Shown: positions 30,204-40,982 of the stretch, in pieces
Layout of the letters: each line of letters begins with the position of its first letter
How positions within the stretch are numbered: the stretch's first letter is position 1
Source: an uncultured Gemmatimonadaceae bacterium
GTDB lineage: Bacteria > Gemmatimonadota > Gemmatimonadetes > Gemmatimonadales > Gemmatimonadaceae
Reading direction: 5' to 3'
DNA: 64,000 bases
Assembly (NCBI GenBank): GCA_963740355.1
Contig: CAVUDW010000002.1
Span: forward strand, 1,536,001-1,600,000
Notes under the pieces: generated by a model
What the model was told of the DNA's origin: nothing
Database searches by the model: none
The model's input: only the letters and a program-made list of their open reading frames with translations
Made by a program: the position numbers and the translations under genes

Positions 30204-31985
30204 ATGCCTGCACGCGCCGAAATTCTCGATCCGCTCCTCGCCCCGATTCCTGGCGACAATCCGTCCGGTCGATCGGTACGCGATGAACCTGTGTACGAGA
30301 AGATCCGGGAAGCGCGCCGCGAGGAAGACGACGCTGATCAGGGCGCCTGGAAGCGCGCACGCAAGGTTGCCGATCACGCGCTGGTGATCAAACTCGTGTC
30401 CGAGGTGCTCACCTCGACATCGAAGGACCTGCAACTCGCGTCCTGGTGGACCGAGTCGATGCTGAAGCGTGAGGGCGTCGCCGGACTGCGCGACGGCGTG
30501 GCGCTGATGCGCGGGCTGGTCGAAGGATTCTGGGACACCGTCTATCCGGAACTCGAAGACGGCGACGCCTCGCTGCGCGCGGGGCCACTCGACTTCATCG
30601 GCATCAAGCTGGTGGACGCATTGAATACGGCACCGCTCAATGCCGCGCGCCACAGCTTCCGTCAGTACGACGCTGCGTTTCTTGCGGGGACCGAGGAGGA
30701 AGGGCGCGGCGACGACGACCGACGCAAGTTGCGCGAAACGCTGGCCGAGAAGTCTGAACCGCTGATCGAGCAGGTGCTGGCGTCTGCCGATGCCACGCCG
30801 AAAGCATGGTACGTGACGCTGGCTGCCGACATTCGCGAGATCATCGCTGATCTCTATGAGCTCGACACTTTCGGGAACGAGCGATTCGGCGAAGAAGCGC
30901 CAAGCTTCCGGCGCCTGCTCGATGCCCTCGAGGTCGCGCAGCGATCGGCGGATGCGTTGCTCGCACGTCGACGCGCACAGGAGCCTGACGGCGACGACGG
31001 ATCTGTCGGCGACACTGCCGATGCCGCAGGTGGCCAGACTGATGCCAGCAGCCTGGTGACGGCCACTGTTGGCGCAGTCCCGACCAGCGACAGCGACGCC
31101 GGCCTGCGAGTCGTGATTGCTGCGCGCTTCCTGCGCCGCGCGCACCCTACCGATCCAACGCCGTACGCCTTGCTCCGCGCACTGCGCTGGCAGGCCCTCA
31201 GGGCTGGTGGTCGCGGCGAGGATACGCCGGCACCGGCCCTGATGCACGCCCCTCCCACGGCGGAACGCGCCCGCCTGAAAGGGCTCATGCTCGAGCAGCG
31301 ACATGAAGACCTGCTCGATGGGGTCGAGGAGTTGCTGGGTGCCACCAGCGGCGGCGCGTGGCTCGACGCGCAACGTTGGGCGCTCGACGCCGCCACCGCA
31401 CTCGGCGATGACTATGCACCCGTTGCACACGTGATGCGCACGTCATTGCGCCAGCTGCTGGCTGACTTTCCCCGGCTCCCGCAGGCGATGCTGCTCGATG
31501 ACACACCGGTCGCGAACGCCGAAACGATTGCGTGGCTGGATCGGGCCGGGCTGCTGAGCGCGGCACGTGGCGCTGACGCGCCGCCACTCGAAGGGATGCC
31601 CACGGTCCCGCATCGCCCGATGCTGGAGCGCGCACGGGCCGAAGCGGCGGGCGGTCGTCTGGATCGTGGCGTCGCGCTGCTGATGTCCGATGTCGTGCGT
31701 GAACGCAGCGAGCGCGCGCGCTTCCTGCGCCGACTCGAACTGGTGACGATGCTGGTCGATGCGGCCCGGGCTGAGATTGCGATGCCCATCGTCGAGGAGC
31801 TGCTCGAACAGCTGGACACGCACAAGCTGGAAGCGTGGGAAGACGGTGGTGTCGTCGCGCAGGCGCTGGTGCTGGCCTGTCGGGCGATCGATGCCACCGA
31901 AGGCGACCAGCGTCGTCGTGGTGAACTGTACTTGCGGATCTGTCGCCTCGACCCGATCGCCGCGCTCGCACTCGGCACGGCCTGA
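30204..31985 (+). CDS. tssA: T6SS TssA (ImpA_N domain)
   Basis: LLAPIPGDNPSG, Y..IREAR, SKDLQLA.W..E, FWDTVYP, WLD.QR, DDTP.AN.ET..W. Confidence 0.93.
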   Translation: MPARAEILDPLLAPIPGDNPSGRSVRDEPVYEKIREARREEDDADQGAWKRARKVADHALVIKLVSEVLTSTSKDLQLASWWTESMLKREGVAGLRDGVALMRGLVEGFWDTVYPELEDGDASLRAGPLDFIGIKLVDALNTAPLNAARHSFRQYDAAFLAGTEEEGRGDDDRRKLRETLAEKSEPLIEQVLASADATPKAWYVTLAADIREIIADLYELDTFGNERFGEEAPSFRRLLDALEVAQRSADALLARRRAQEPDGDDGSVGDTADAAGGQTDASSLVTATVGAVPTSDSDAGLRVVIAARFLRRAHPTDPTPYALLRALRWQALRAGGRGEDTPAPALMHAPPTAERARLKGLMLEQRHEDLLDGVEELLGATSGGAWLDAQRWALDAATALGDDYAPVAHVMRTSLRQLLADFPRLPQAMLLDDTPVANAETIAWLDRAGLLSAARGADAPPLEGMPTVPHRPMLERARAEAAGGRLDRGVALLMSDVVRERSERARFLRRLELVTMLVDAARAEIAMPIVEELLEQLDTHKLEAWEDGGVVAQALVLACRAIDATEGDQRRRGELYLRICRLDPIAALALGTA

Positions 31986-31987
31986 CG

Positions 31988-32560
31988 ATGGCACGGGACG
32001 AGCGTGGGAGGTCCGGCGATGGTGAGTGGAGCAGCACTGGCGCAATGCCGATGCAGCGGTCGGATACCGTGGCGCGCCCGGTGCAGTCGTCACTCCTCGA
32101 TCGGCTGACTGACGACGCCCCGGGCGTGAGCCGCGAGGCACTCCCGACACACACCGAAAGCATGGCGGCGCTGCGGAGCGCGGTTCGGCACGACCTGGAG
32201 TGGTTGCTCAACACGCGGCGCGACCTGGTGACGATCGACGACACCATGCCGGAAGCACGACGCTCGCTGCTGCGCTATGGTGTGCCTGACTTCAGCTCGA
32301 TGTCGCGCGACGGCAGTGATACGCTCCAGCGACTGGTGCGCGAGGTCGAGGAATGTGTGGCGAACTTCGAGCCACGGCTGGCGAATGTTCGCGTGCGCGC
32401 GCACGCGGATCCCGGTATGGGTGGGCGACCGGAGTTGCGATTCTCCATCGAGGGCATGTTGCGCGTCGATCCGGCACCGGAACGCGTCGTGTTCGACACG
32501 GTGCTCGAGACGGCACGCGGGGAATACCTCGTGCGTGCAGGACGCCCCGACGATGCGTGA
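31988..32560 (+). CDS. tssE: T6SS baseplate TssE (gp25-like)
   Basis: SLLDRLTD, DLEWLLNTR, YGVPD, FEPRL; start may lie at a downstream Met. Confidence 0.95.
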   Translation: MARDERGRSGDGEWSSTGAMPMQRSDTVARPVQSSLLDRLTDDAPGVSREALPTHTESMAALRSAVRHDLEWLLNTRRDLVTIDDTMPEARRSLLRYGVPDFSSMSRDGSDTLQRLVREVEECVANFEPRLANVRVRAHADPGMGGRPELRFSIEGMLRVDPAPERVVFDTVLETARGEYLVRAGRPDDA

Positions 32561-34406
32561 CGAACTGCTTTGGTATTACGAGCGCGAACTGGGCTACCTC
32601 CGTCGGCTCGGTGCGGAGTACGCGCAGCGTTATCCGAAGGTCGCGGGCCGCTTGCAGCTCGAGGCCACCAAGTGCGAGGATCCACACGTCGAGCGTCTGC
32701 TCGAGGGTTTCGCGTTTCTGGCGGCGCGAATTCACCTCAAGCTGGACGACGACGTCTCGCAGGTGGCCGAGTCGTTGCTGGCCATCGTGGCCCCGCAGCT
32801 GGTGCGTCCAGTGCCTTCGATGTCGATCGCGGAGTTCGTCGCCGACCCAGAACGCGCATCGATGCCCGAGGGGGTCGCCGTGCCTCGCGGCTCGCTGCTC
32901 CGAACACGATCTGTCGGTGGCATGCGCTGCACGTTCCGTACGGCGGCACCGGTGCACCTCTGGCCGGTGAGCGTTGCCGACGCGCGTTGGGTCACGCCCG
33001 ATGCGCTCGTGCCGCCGGTCCGAGCCACCGACGCGGTCGGTGCGTTGCGGATCGAGTTGCGCGCCTTCCCCGGCGTGTCGCTCTCGTCGCTGGCGATGGA
33101 GTCGCTGCGCATTCATCTGCACGGTGACGGTTCTGTCGCTTCGACGCTGCACGAAGTGCTGTGCCGCGATACCACCGCCATCCTGGTGCGGTCGCTTGAC
33201 GATGGCGACCGGAATCAGGCGGTGCGCATCGAAGTGTCGCCTCGCATGCTCAGCGCCGGCGGCTTCGGTGCCGATGAACGAATCCTGGAGGGCGGCGCGC
33301 CGTCGTTGGCCCCATACGGTCTGCTGCAGGAATACATGGCCTTGCCGGCGGCGTTCCGCTCCGTCGACCTCGCGATTGGCAATGCCTTGCGCGCGTCGAA
33401 TGCGCGGGCCGCGGCGGAAGTCGTGATCCTGGTGGGGGCCTTCGAGCGAGGCGATCGTCGCGCGGTGCTGGCGGCCGGCGTGACGCGCGAAACGATCCGG
33501 CTCGGCTGCACCCCCGTGGTCAACCTTTACGACCACGTGGCGGAGCCGATCCTGCTCACGCACCGTCGCGACGAGTATCCGCTCGTGCCGGACGCGCAGC
33601 AGCGCCTGGCGACGGAGGTGTACGCCGTGACCAATGTGGTCGGTGTGCCGGCCGGTGGTGGTGAGGCGACGCGCTACGAACCGCTCTACGGGTTGAAGCA
33701 CGATGTGCCGGCAGGCGAGCAGCCGGTATTCTGGGTCGCACGCCGGCATCCGGCACCGGAGCGTGGCGCGCGTGCAAGCGACCTGTCGCTGGCGTTCGTG
33801 GATCGCGGTGGACGCACCTTCCAGCCGCGTCATGACGTGGTCACGGCACGAACGCTCTGCTTCAATGGCGACCTGCCGTCGCGGTTGCCGGTCGGCGATG
33901 CACGCGGCGATTTCGAGCTGGTGGGCGGCGGACCCCTGACGCGCATTGCCGCGCTGTTACGGCCGACCACGGCGGTGCATCCGCGCCTTGGTTCGGCGTT
34001 GGCGTGGCGCATGGTGTCACAACTGTCGCTCAATCATCTCTCGCTCGGTGATGGCCCGGACGCGCTGCGCGAACTGCTCCGGTTGCACGATCACGGCGAG
34101 TCGCCAGACATCGAGCGACAGGTGCAGGGCGTCAGTGATGTGAGCAGCGAAGCCGTCCACGCGCGCATTCCTGGACTGTCGCGCGGCGGTGGGTTGGCCC
34201 TGGCACGCGGGCGCCGGATCTCCATCACACTCGATGAGGATCACTTCGCCGGTGACGGCGCCTGGATCTTTGCCAGCGTGCTGGATCGCTTCTTCTCGTT
34301 GTACGCATCGCTCAACAGCTTCACGCAGCTGACGGTGAATACCCGTCAACGACGCCGTCCGCTCGGTGAGTGGTCACCGCGCGCCGGGAGCCGCGCCCTC
34401 GGATGA
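32553..34406 (+). CDS. tssF: T6SS baseplate TssF
   Basis: LLWYYERELGYLR, YPKVAGRL, DPHVERLLEGFAFL, LGCTPVVNL, YASLNSFTQL, W.PRAG. Confidence 0.97.
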   Translation: MRDELLWYYERELGYLRRLGAEYAQRYPKVAGRLQLEATKCEDPHVERLLEGFAFLAARIHLKLDDDVSQVAESLLAIVAPQLVRPVPSMSIAEFVADPERASMPEGVAVPRGSLLRTRSVGGMRCTFRTAAPVHLWPVSVADARWVTPDALVPPVRATDAVGALRIELRAFPGVSLSSLAMESLRIHLHGDGSVASTLHEVLCRDTTAILVRSLDDGDRNQAVRIEVSPRMLSAGGFGADERILEGGAPSLAPYGLLQEYMALPAAFRSVDLAIGNALRASNARAAAEVVILVGAFERGDRRAVLAAGVTRETIRLGCTPVVNLYDHVAEPILLTHRRDEYPLVPDAQQRLATEVYAVTNVVGVPAGGGEATRYEPLYGLKHDVPAGEQPVFWVARRHPAPERGARASDLSLAFVDRGGRTFQPRHDVVTARTLCFNGDLPSRLPVGDARGDFELVGGGPLTRIAALLRPTTAVHPRLGSALAWRMVSQLSLNHLSLGDGPDALRELLRLHDHGESPDIERQVQGVSDVSSEAVHARIPGLSRGGGLALARGRRISITLDEDHFAGDGAWIFASVLDRFFSLYASLNSFTQLTVNTRQRRRPLGEWSPRAGSRALG

Positions 34407-35497
34407 ACAGCGAGTTGCTCGAACAGGACGCGCTCGACGCGCTCATCTCCCGCATCGAGAGTGCGCCTGGCGCGTTCGAGTTTGCGCAGATCGTTCGCCT
34501 GCTGGCACGGATCGAGCCGGGGATGTCGGCAGTGGGTGAGTTTGGCGACCCGGCACTCGAGGCGGTGCGTTTCGGCGTCAATCCCTCGTTGGCGTTCCCT
34601 CCGGGCGATGTGCAGCGCGTGAACGTGACGCCGGGTGGGCCCGGTGTCACCGATGAAAGCGAACTATCCACGCCGCGTACGCGCGCGTCGCGCGCTGGGA
34701 TGCGTGGCGCGCGCGGCCAGCCGTTCATGGAAGTGAACTTTCTCGGCCTGGTCGGACCCGCCGGTGTGCTACCAAAGAGCTACACCCAGTTCGTCGCAGA
34801 ACGCGTGGCGCTCAAGGACACGGCGCTCCGTGATTTTCTCGACCTGTTCCATCACCGGCTGATTTCGCTCTTCTATCGCGCGTGGCGGACGACGCGGCCG
34901 CATGTGGCAGCCGGTGAAGGTGCGGAGGATGACGCGCTGTCGCAGCGCTTGCGCAGCGTCGTGGGGCTCGGCACGCCGGCGGTGGCTGCTGCGCTTCCGG
35001 TCGATGATTCCGTCTTGTTGCGTCATGCGGCGCTGCTTGCACCACATGCACGATCGGCCAGCGCGCTGAAACAGTTGCTCTCCGCCTATCTGGAAGTGCC
35101 CTGCGAGGTCGAGGAGTTCGTGCCGGCGTGGTATCGATTGGCGCCCGGCACACAGTGCGCGCTCGGCGAGGACGATGACACCACGGTGCTCGGCTTCGGG
35201 AGCGTGGTTGGTGATGCCGTGTTGGACCATGGCGCACGGGCGCGTGTCCGCATCGGGCCCATGTCGCGTGCGATGTTCGATGGCCTGTTGCCCGGTACGA
35301 AGGGGCATGAGGCATTGAAGTCGATCGTGCGTTTCGTCGCTGGCGATGCCGTCGAAGTTGAAGCCTGCCTGATTCTCGAGCGTGATGCCGTTCCCGCCAC
35401 AGTCCTCGGTACCGGGAGCGGTCAGCTCGGGTGGGGGACATGGCTTCGTACACGTCGGCCGGCGCGTGACCCCGACGATACCGCGTTCCTGTTCTGA
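34370..35497 (+). CDS. tssG: T6SS baseplate TssG
   Basis: FEFAQ.VRLL, SLAFP, FLGL.GP.G.LP, DFLDLFHHRL.SLFYRAW, LGWGTWL; start GTG 34370 (overlapping tssF) or ATG 34403. Confidence 0.95.
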   Translation: MVTARREPRPRMNSELLEQDALDALISRIESAPGAFEFAQIVRLLARIEPGMSAVGEFGDPALEAVRFGVNPSLAFPPGDVQRVNVTPGGPGVTDESELSTPRTRASRAGMRGARGQPFMEVNFLGLVGPAGVLPKSYTQFVAERVALKDTALRDFLDLFHHRLISLFYRAWRTTRPHVAAGEGAEDDALSQRLRSVVGLGTPAVAAALPVDDSVLLRHAALLAPHARSASALKQLLSAYLEVPCEVEEFVPAWYRLAPGTQCALGEDDDTTVLGFGSVVGDAVLDHGARARVRIGPMSRAMFDGLLPGTKGHEALKSIVRFVAGDAVEVEACLILERDAVPATVLGTGSGQLGWGTWLRTRRPARDPDDTAFLF

Positions 35498-35591
35498 TCC
35501 TGCATTCGGATACTGCGTGCTGTAGCCCCGTTCGGGAGCCTTGCCGGTCCCGTCATGCTGGTCCAGTCCTTCTGCCCTGAGCCCCAGACCG

Positions 35592-38267
35592 ATGGTCACC
35601 CTCCGCGCCCTCATCGCCAAGCTGGATCCAGAACTGCGCAACGCCGTCGAGGCGGCAGCCGGCACCTGCCTCTCGCGCACTCACTACGACATCGAGATCG
35701 AGCACCTGCTGCTGAAGGCGCTGGATGCGACCGATACCGACCTGTTCTTCGCGCTCCGACATTTCGGTGTCGACCGCTCGAAGCTGGCCACGGAAATTCA
35801 ACGGGCGCTGGACAAGTTGAAGACGGGCAACGCACGCACGCCGTCGCTGTCACCATCGTTGGTCAAGCTGTTGACCGAGGCGTGGACGATCGGCTCGATC
35901 GACTACGGCGCGCAGAAAGTGCGCACGGGACATGTGCTGGTCGCGCTCGTAACCGATGAGGACATCGCCCGTCGTATCCTGGCTGAGTTGCCCTCGCTCG
36001 CGTCGGTCAATCCGGAAGCGTTGCGCTCGACGTTCGATGCGATCGTGGTCGAGAGTGTGGAATCCCGCGCGCAGATGGCCGCCAGCGGTGGTCCGGTGTC
36101 TCCCGGCTCGGCTGGTGCAGGCGGTGCCGCTGGCGGCGCGAAGCCGGGTGGCCAGACGCCATTTCTCGATCAGTACACGGTTGACCTGACGGCCAATGCC
36201 CGCGCTGGCAAGATCGATCCGGTGCTCGGCCGCGACACCGAAGTGCGACAGGTGGTGGACATCCTCACCCGTCGTCGGCAGAACAATCCGATCCTCGTTG
36301 GCGAAGCCGGTGTCGGCAAGACGGCGGTGGTCGAGGGCTTCGCGCGTCGCATCGCCGAGGGGGATGTGCCGCCGCCACTGCAGGGCGTGACACTGCGCAC
36401 CCTCGACCTGGCCTTGCTGCAGGCCGGCGCGGGTGTGAAGGGTGAATTCGAGAATCGCCTGAAGGGATTGATCGACGAAGTGAAGAAGTCGCCGATCCCG
36501 ATCATCCTGTTCATCGACGAAGCGCATACGATGATTGGCGCCGGCGGAGCGGCGGGCCAGAATGACGCCGCCAACCTGCTCAAGCCGGCACTGGCTCGCG
36601 GTGAACTGCGCACGATCGCTGCCACCACGTGGAGTGAATACAAGAAGTTCTTCGAGAAGGATCCGGCACTTTCGCGTCGATTCCAATTGGTCAAGATCGA
36701 CGAGCCGTCGGAGACCACCTGCATGCTGATGCTGCGTGGTGTGGTGCCGTCGCTCGAGAAGCATCACAATGTCCGCATCACCGACAGCGGACTCGAGGCG
36801 GCCGTGCGCCTGTCGCATCGCTACCTCCCCGATCGCCAGCTGCCGGACAAGGCGGTCAGCGTGCTGGACACCGCCTGCGCGCGCCTTGCACTGGGCCAGA
36901 GCAGCACGCCGGCCGCAGTGGAAGACGCCCGTCGTGTGATGCAAGACCTGGAAGTGCAGGAGCGTGTGTTGCGCCGCGAAGTGGCCGTCGGTGTGAACCA
37001 CGCCGAGCGCCTTGCGTCGATCGAGACGCTGCGCGCGGCCACGGCGACTCGATTGACCGAGATGGAAGCACGCTGGGAACAGGAGCGTGCACTGGTCGAG
37101 ACGATCCGCGGGCTGCGCCAGCAGCTGGAAGCGGGTGTGCAGTCGCCCGCCATCGATGACGAAGGTGCGGCGGACAAGCTGCGTGTCGAACTGGCCTCCA
37201 AGCAGGCCGAGCTCGATGTGATGCAGGGCGAAACGCCGCTGGTGCGGGTGACGGTCGATGCGTCGATCGTTGGCGAAGTGATCGCCGGCTGGACGGGGAT
37301 TCCCGTCGGCTCGATGATGCGCGACGAACTGGGCACGCTGCTCGAGCTCGAATCGCATCTCGGCAAGCGAGTCATCGGTCAGGACCATGCGCTGGAAGCA
37401 ATCGCACGTCGCATGCGCACCAGCAAGGCTGGTATCGAAGATCCCAACAAGCCGAAGGGCGTCTTCCTGCTGGTGGGGCCGTCCGGCGTCGGCAAGACGG
37501 AGACGGCGACGACCGTGAGCGAGATGCTCTACGGCGGCGAGCGCAACATGATCACGATCAACATGAGCGAGTTCCAGGAGCCGCACACCGTCAGCACGCT
37601 GAAGGGGTCGCCTCCGGGCTATGTGGGGTACGGCGAGGGTGGCGTGCTCACCGAAGCGGTGCGCCGTCGACCGTACAGCGTGGTGCTGCTGGACGAGATC
37701 GAGAAGGCCCACCCCGACGTGTTGGAGCTGTTCTTCCAGGTGTTCGACAAGGGTGTGATGGAGGATGGCGAGGGGCGGCAGATCGATTTCCGCAACGCGG
37801 TGATCATCCTCACCACCAATGCCGGCACCGAGACGATCATGAAGTTGACGGCGGATCCCGAGACGATGCCGTTCCCGGCGGCCATGGCGGCGGCGCTCAA
37901 GCCGGAACTCGACGCGGCCTTCAAGCCGGCCTTCCTCGGCCGCACCGTGATCGTGCCCTACTACCCGATTCGGGACGAAAACCTGAAGTTGATCGTACGG
38001 CTGAAGCTGGCGAAGATCGCGCGACGGCTGCACGAGGTGCATCGTGTCACACTCGAGTACGGCGACGACCTGGTCAATCAGGTGGCCGCCCGCTGTACGG
38101 AAGTCGAAAGCGGGGCCCGCAACGTGGACAACATCCTCACGAACACGCTGCTGCCCGAGGTGTCGACGCTGCTGCTGACGGCCCTCGTCGAGGGGCACCA
38201 CGCGACCGCGGTCAAGGTCAGCGTGGACGAAAACGGTGAGTTCGCGTACGATGCAGTAACGGACTGA
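35592..38267 (+). CDS. tssH: T6SS ATPase TssH (ClpV)
   Basis: RRRQNNPILVGEAGVGKT, LLQAGAGVKGEFENRLK, second Walker A GPSGVGKT, ESGARNVD. Confidence 0.98.
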   Translation: MVTLRALIAKLDPELRNAVEAAAGTCLSRTHYDIEIEHLLLKALDATDTDLFFALRHFGVDRSKLATEIQRALDKLKTGNARTPSLSPSLVKLLTEAWTIGSIDYGAQKVRTGHVLVALVTDEDIARRILAELPSLASVNPEALRSTFDAIVVESVESRAQMAASGGPVSPGSAGAGGAAGGAKPGGQTPFLDQYTVDLTANARAGKIDPVLGRDTEVRQVVDILTRRRQNNPILVGEAGVGKTAVVEGFARRIAEGDVPPPLQGVTLRTLDLALLQAGAGVKGEFENRLKGLIDEVKKSPIPIILFIDEAHTMIGAGGAAGQNDAANLLKPALARGELRTIAATTWSEYKKFFEKDPALSRRFQLVKIDEPSETTCMLMLRGVVPSLEKHHNVRITDSGLEAAVRLSHRYLPDRQLPDKAVSVLDTACARLALGQSSTPAAVEDARRVMQDLEVQERVLRREVAVGVNHAERLASIETLRAATATRLTEMEARWEQERALVETIRGLRQQLEAGVQSPAIDDEGAADKLRVELASKQAELDVMQGETPLVRVTVDASIVGEVIAGWTGIPVGSMMRDELGTLLELESHLGKRVIGQDHALEAIARRMRTSKAGIEDPNKPKGVFLLVGPSGVGKTETATTVSEMLYGGERNMITINMSEFQEPHTVSTLKGSPPGYVGYGEGGVLTEAVRRRPYSVVLLDEIEKAHPDVLELFFQVFDKGVMEDGEGRQIDFRNAVIILTTNAGTETIMKLTADPETMPFPAAMAAALKPELDAAFKPAFLGRTVIVPYYPIRDENLKLIVRLKLAKIARRLHEVHRVTLEYGDDLVNQVAARCTEVESGARNVDNILTNTLLPEVSTLLLTALVEGHHATAVKVSVDENGEFAYDAVTD

Positions 38268-38289
38268 AACACACCCGGGAATCCCGAGC

Positions 38290-40323
38290 ATGCCCAAGTA
38301 CACCCAGAGTACGCGCGACTTTCAGCTCACGACACCGTTGGGAACGGACGTGCTGCTCTGCGCGAGCTGGAGCTGTGCTGAAGCGGTGTCGTCATTGTTC
38401 GACCTGCGCATCGTGGCGCTCAGTGAGCGCCGCGACATCACGCCGAAGGAGTTGCTGCTGAAGACCGTGTCGCTGCTCTGCAAGACCGGGAGCGGCGAGC
38501 GGCACTTCACAGGCATCGTCCGACATGTGGAACGGTTGTCGGATGTGGCGGGGCCGTTCGCGGAGTACGTGTTGCATGTCGTGCCGCCCGCCTGGTTGCT
38601 CACCCAGGGCTCCGGCTACAAGGTCTATCAGGACAAGGACCTGCAGGCGATCCTGCGCGACGTGCTGGCGGGTGTGACGGTCGACTGGCAGTTGCAGGGC
38701 TCGTTCGATCCGGTGCCGAGTCGCACACGATTCGACGAGTCGCGCTGGAGCTTCGCGACCCGACTGCTCGAACGTGACGGCATCTGGTTCACGTTCACCC
38801 ACACCGCATCGGCGTGCACGATGGTGTTGGCGAATTCGATGGCGTCCGCCAGTGTGCGTCATGGGCTGACCGAGTTGCGCGACACCGGCTGGGATGGCAA
38901 CGCCGAGTTGCTTGGCTTGACCACGCACCAGCAGCCGTTCATCAAGAAGGTCGTCGTCGGCACGTCGCAGCCTGGACTCTTCGGGCGGGAAAATCGTGAG
39001 GAAGCGCAAGCACCCGCGATGCAATCCAGCCCCGGGAACTGGCCGCTGGATCCCTCCGCGTTCCCGGCTGAATTCGAGACGCAGTTGTACGAGTTCGTCG
39101 CAGGGCAGGGACGCGATGGCGCGGACAAGGGTGGCGGCGCGACGGCGTCGGAGTTGGGGAAGCTGGTCACCGACCTGCGACATCAGGCACTCTTGCACGC
39201 GCAGGCAAGCACGGCGACCTCTTCCCGTGCCGTGGGGTCGAGCCGCGCGACGGGCTTGGCGGCCGGCGCCAAGGTCGGCATCCATCGCACCGGCGAGTCA
39301 GCGGCCAACGGGCAGTACTTCATAACGTCGGTGGAGCATGCCGGTTCCAACGGCAGCTATCTCGGCGGTGACGACGCGGCTCCGTCGTATCACAACGAGT
39401 TCACCTGTGTGCCGCACAGCGTGGTGTATCGCCCGCCGCGCCAGACGCAGTGGCCGGTTGTGCAGGGGGTGCATGTCGCGACGGTCGTCGGCCCTTCCGG
39501 CGAGGAGATCTTCACCGACAAGCTGGGTCGGGTGCGCGTCGTCTTCGAATGGAACCGCGACGCGTCGGCGCCGAACGGACCGGGCGACGCGTGTTGGGTC
39601 CGCGTGGCGCAACTCGTCTCGGGGGCCGGCTGGGGCGCCTTCTTCCTGCCGCGTGTTGGGCACCAGGTGCTGGTGAGCTTCCTTGGTGGCGATCCCGATG
39701 CGCCGGTGGTGGTTGGCAGCCTGTACAATAATACCAACATGCCACAAATAAAGCTCCCGGATGACAAGACGCAGAGCGCGGTGCGCTCGCGATCGTCACC
39801 GCAGGGGAGCGCGGAGAACTACAACGAACTCCGATTCGAGGACAAGAAGGGCGAGGAGGAAGTCACCTTCCAGGCGGAGCGTGACTTCATCGCGCTGATC
39901 AAGCACGACTCGACGCTGACGGTGAAGGAAGGCAACCAGAGCATCACGATCCAGAAGGGCGACCAGACGCTGACGGTCGAGAAGGGCAAGTACTCGATCA
40001 CCGTCGAGAAGGATGTGGCGACCGAGGTGAAGTCCGGCCACTGGCTGACGACCGTCAAGGCCGGCGATTCGACGACGAAGGTGTCGGCGGGGAAGTCCCT
40101 GCTCGAGGTGGCGAAGGACATCACGATCGAGAGCAAGGGGGGGAAAGTCTCCATCACGGCGCCGATGGCGATTGAGCTCAAGTGTGGTCCCAGTACGATC
40201 AAGATCAGCCCGAGCGGTGTCGAAATTTCCGGTCCCACGTTCAAGGCCAGCGCCAATGCGACTGCTGAAGTGTCGGGCAGCGCAATGCTGACCCTGAAGG
40301 GCGGCATTGTCATGATCAACTGA
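38290..40323 (+). CDS. vgrG: T6SS spike VgrG (TssI) with no effector extension
   Basis: ES...F..RLLE.DGIW, G...A.VVGP.GEEI..D..GRV, WVRV.Q..G.GWG..F.PR.G..V, NELRFEDKKG.E, beta-helix tail ending GGIVMIN. Confidence 0.97.
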   Translation: MPKYTQSTRDFQLTTPLGTDVLLCASWSCAEAVSSLFDLRIVALSERRDITPKELLLKTVSLLCKTGSGERHFTGIVRHVERLSDVAGPFAEYVLHVVPPAWLLTQGSGYKVYQDKDLQAILRDVLAGVTVDWQLQGSFDPVPSRTRFDESRWSFATRLLERDGIWFTFTHTASACTMVLANSMASASVRHGLTELRDTGWDGNAELLGLTTHQQPFIKKVVVGTSQPGLFGRENREEAQAPAMQSSPGNWPLDPSAFPAEFETQLYEFVAGQGRDGADKGGGATASELGKLVTDLRHQALLHAQASTATSSRAVGSSRATGLAAGAKVGIHRTGESAANGQYFITSVEHAGSNGSYLGGDDAAPSYHNEFTCVPHSVVYRPPRQTQWPVVQGVHVATVVGPSGEEIFTDKLGRVRVVFEWNRDASAPNGPGDACWVRVAQLVSGAGWGAFFLPRVGHQVLVSFLGGDPDAPVVVGSLYNNTNMPQIKLPDDKTQSAVRSRSSPQGSAENYNELRFEDKKGEEEVTFQAERDFIALIKHDSTLTVKEGNQSITIQKGDQTLTVEKGKYSITVEKDVATEVKSGHWLTTVKAGDSTTKVSAGKSLLEVAKDITIESKGGKVSITAPMAIELKCGPSTIKISPSGVEISGPTFKASANATAEVSGSAMLTLKGGIVMIN

Positions 40324-40982
40324 TGAGCGCCTCCATGAGCCCTCGCACCGACGCCCCGCTCGATCCATCCACCACTATCGGCTTCGTGGTGGAGCGTGCC
40401 GGCGTTCCGGACGCATGGCGCGAGATTGCGCACTGTACCGACGATCCTTCCGCGCTGGTGGATTCACTGGCGCGCGCCGGCCTGTCCACCGAGGCGATTC
40501 GGTGCATCGCGGTCGCAATTCCATCGCGCCAATGCATCTGGTGGGCCTGGGTCACCGCACGACACACCCTGGCGTCCGCCGAGACCGACGGCGCACCGGC
40601 GTCGCCGCGGCATTCGGAATTGTTGACGATGATCGAACGCTGGATCGCGGAGCCTGACGATGTCCGTCGACGTGAGATCTGGGGACTCGCACAGTCGCTT
40701 GGGATCAAGCACCCGGTGACGCTGGTTGCGGCCGCGCTCTGGTTCAGCGGCGGCAGCATCGCGGCGGCGGAAGGTTCTGCGCCGGTTCCCGCGCCGCCGG
40801 GCATGGTTGCCACCTTCGTTTCGGCAGCAGTTTCGGTGGCGTCGCTGCAGGGAGACCCGCAGCATGCGGACGATCGTGTGCATGCCTCCATCGCGCAGGG
40901 CACGGAGATCGTGACCAAGCTCGGTGGGTGGGCGACGTCGATCAGTTATGTCCGGCAGGAAACGTCTGCGCAGGGGGCCTGA
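40323..40982 (+). CDS. DUF6931-like VgrG/PAAR-associated protein
   Basis: P.R..IWWA, WI..PDD..RR, AA.WFSGGS, PVP.P pattern; lies between vgrG and PAAR with coupled stops and starts. Confidence 0.75.
   Translation: MSASMSPRTDAPLDPSTTIGFVVERAGVPDAWREIAHCTDDPSALVDSLARAGLSTEAIRCIAVAIPSRQCIWWAWVTARHTLASAETDGAPASPRHSELLTMIERWIAEPDDVRRREIWGLAQSLGIKHPVTLVAAALWFSGGSIAAAEGSAPVPAPPGMVATFVSAAVSVASLQGDPQHADDRVHASIAQGTEIVTKLGGWATSISYVRQETSAQGA

Noticed and set aside
35850..38303. 817-aa minus-strand ORF
   Set aside because: Antisense shadow of the highly conserved tssH; expected in GC-rich DNA
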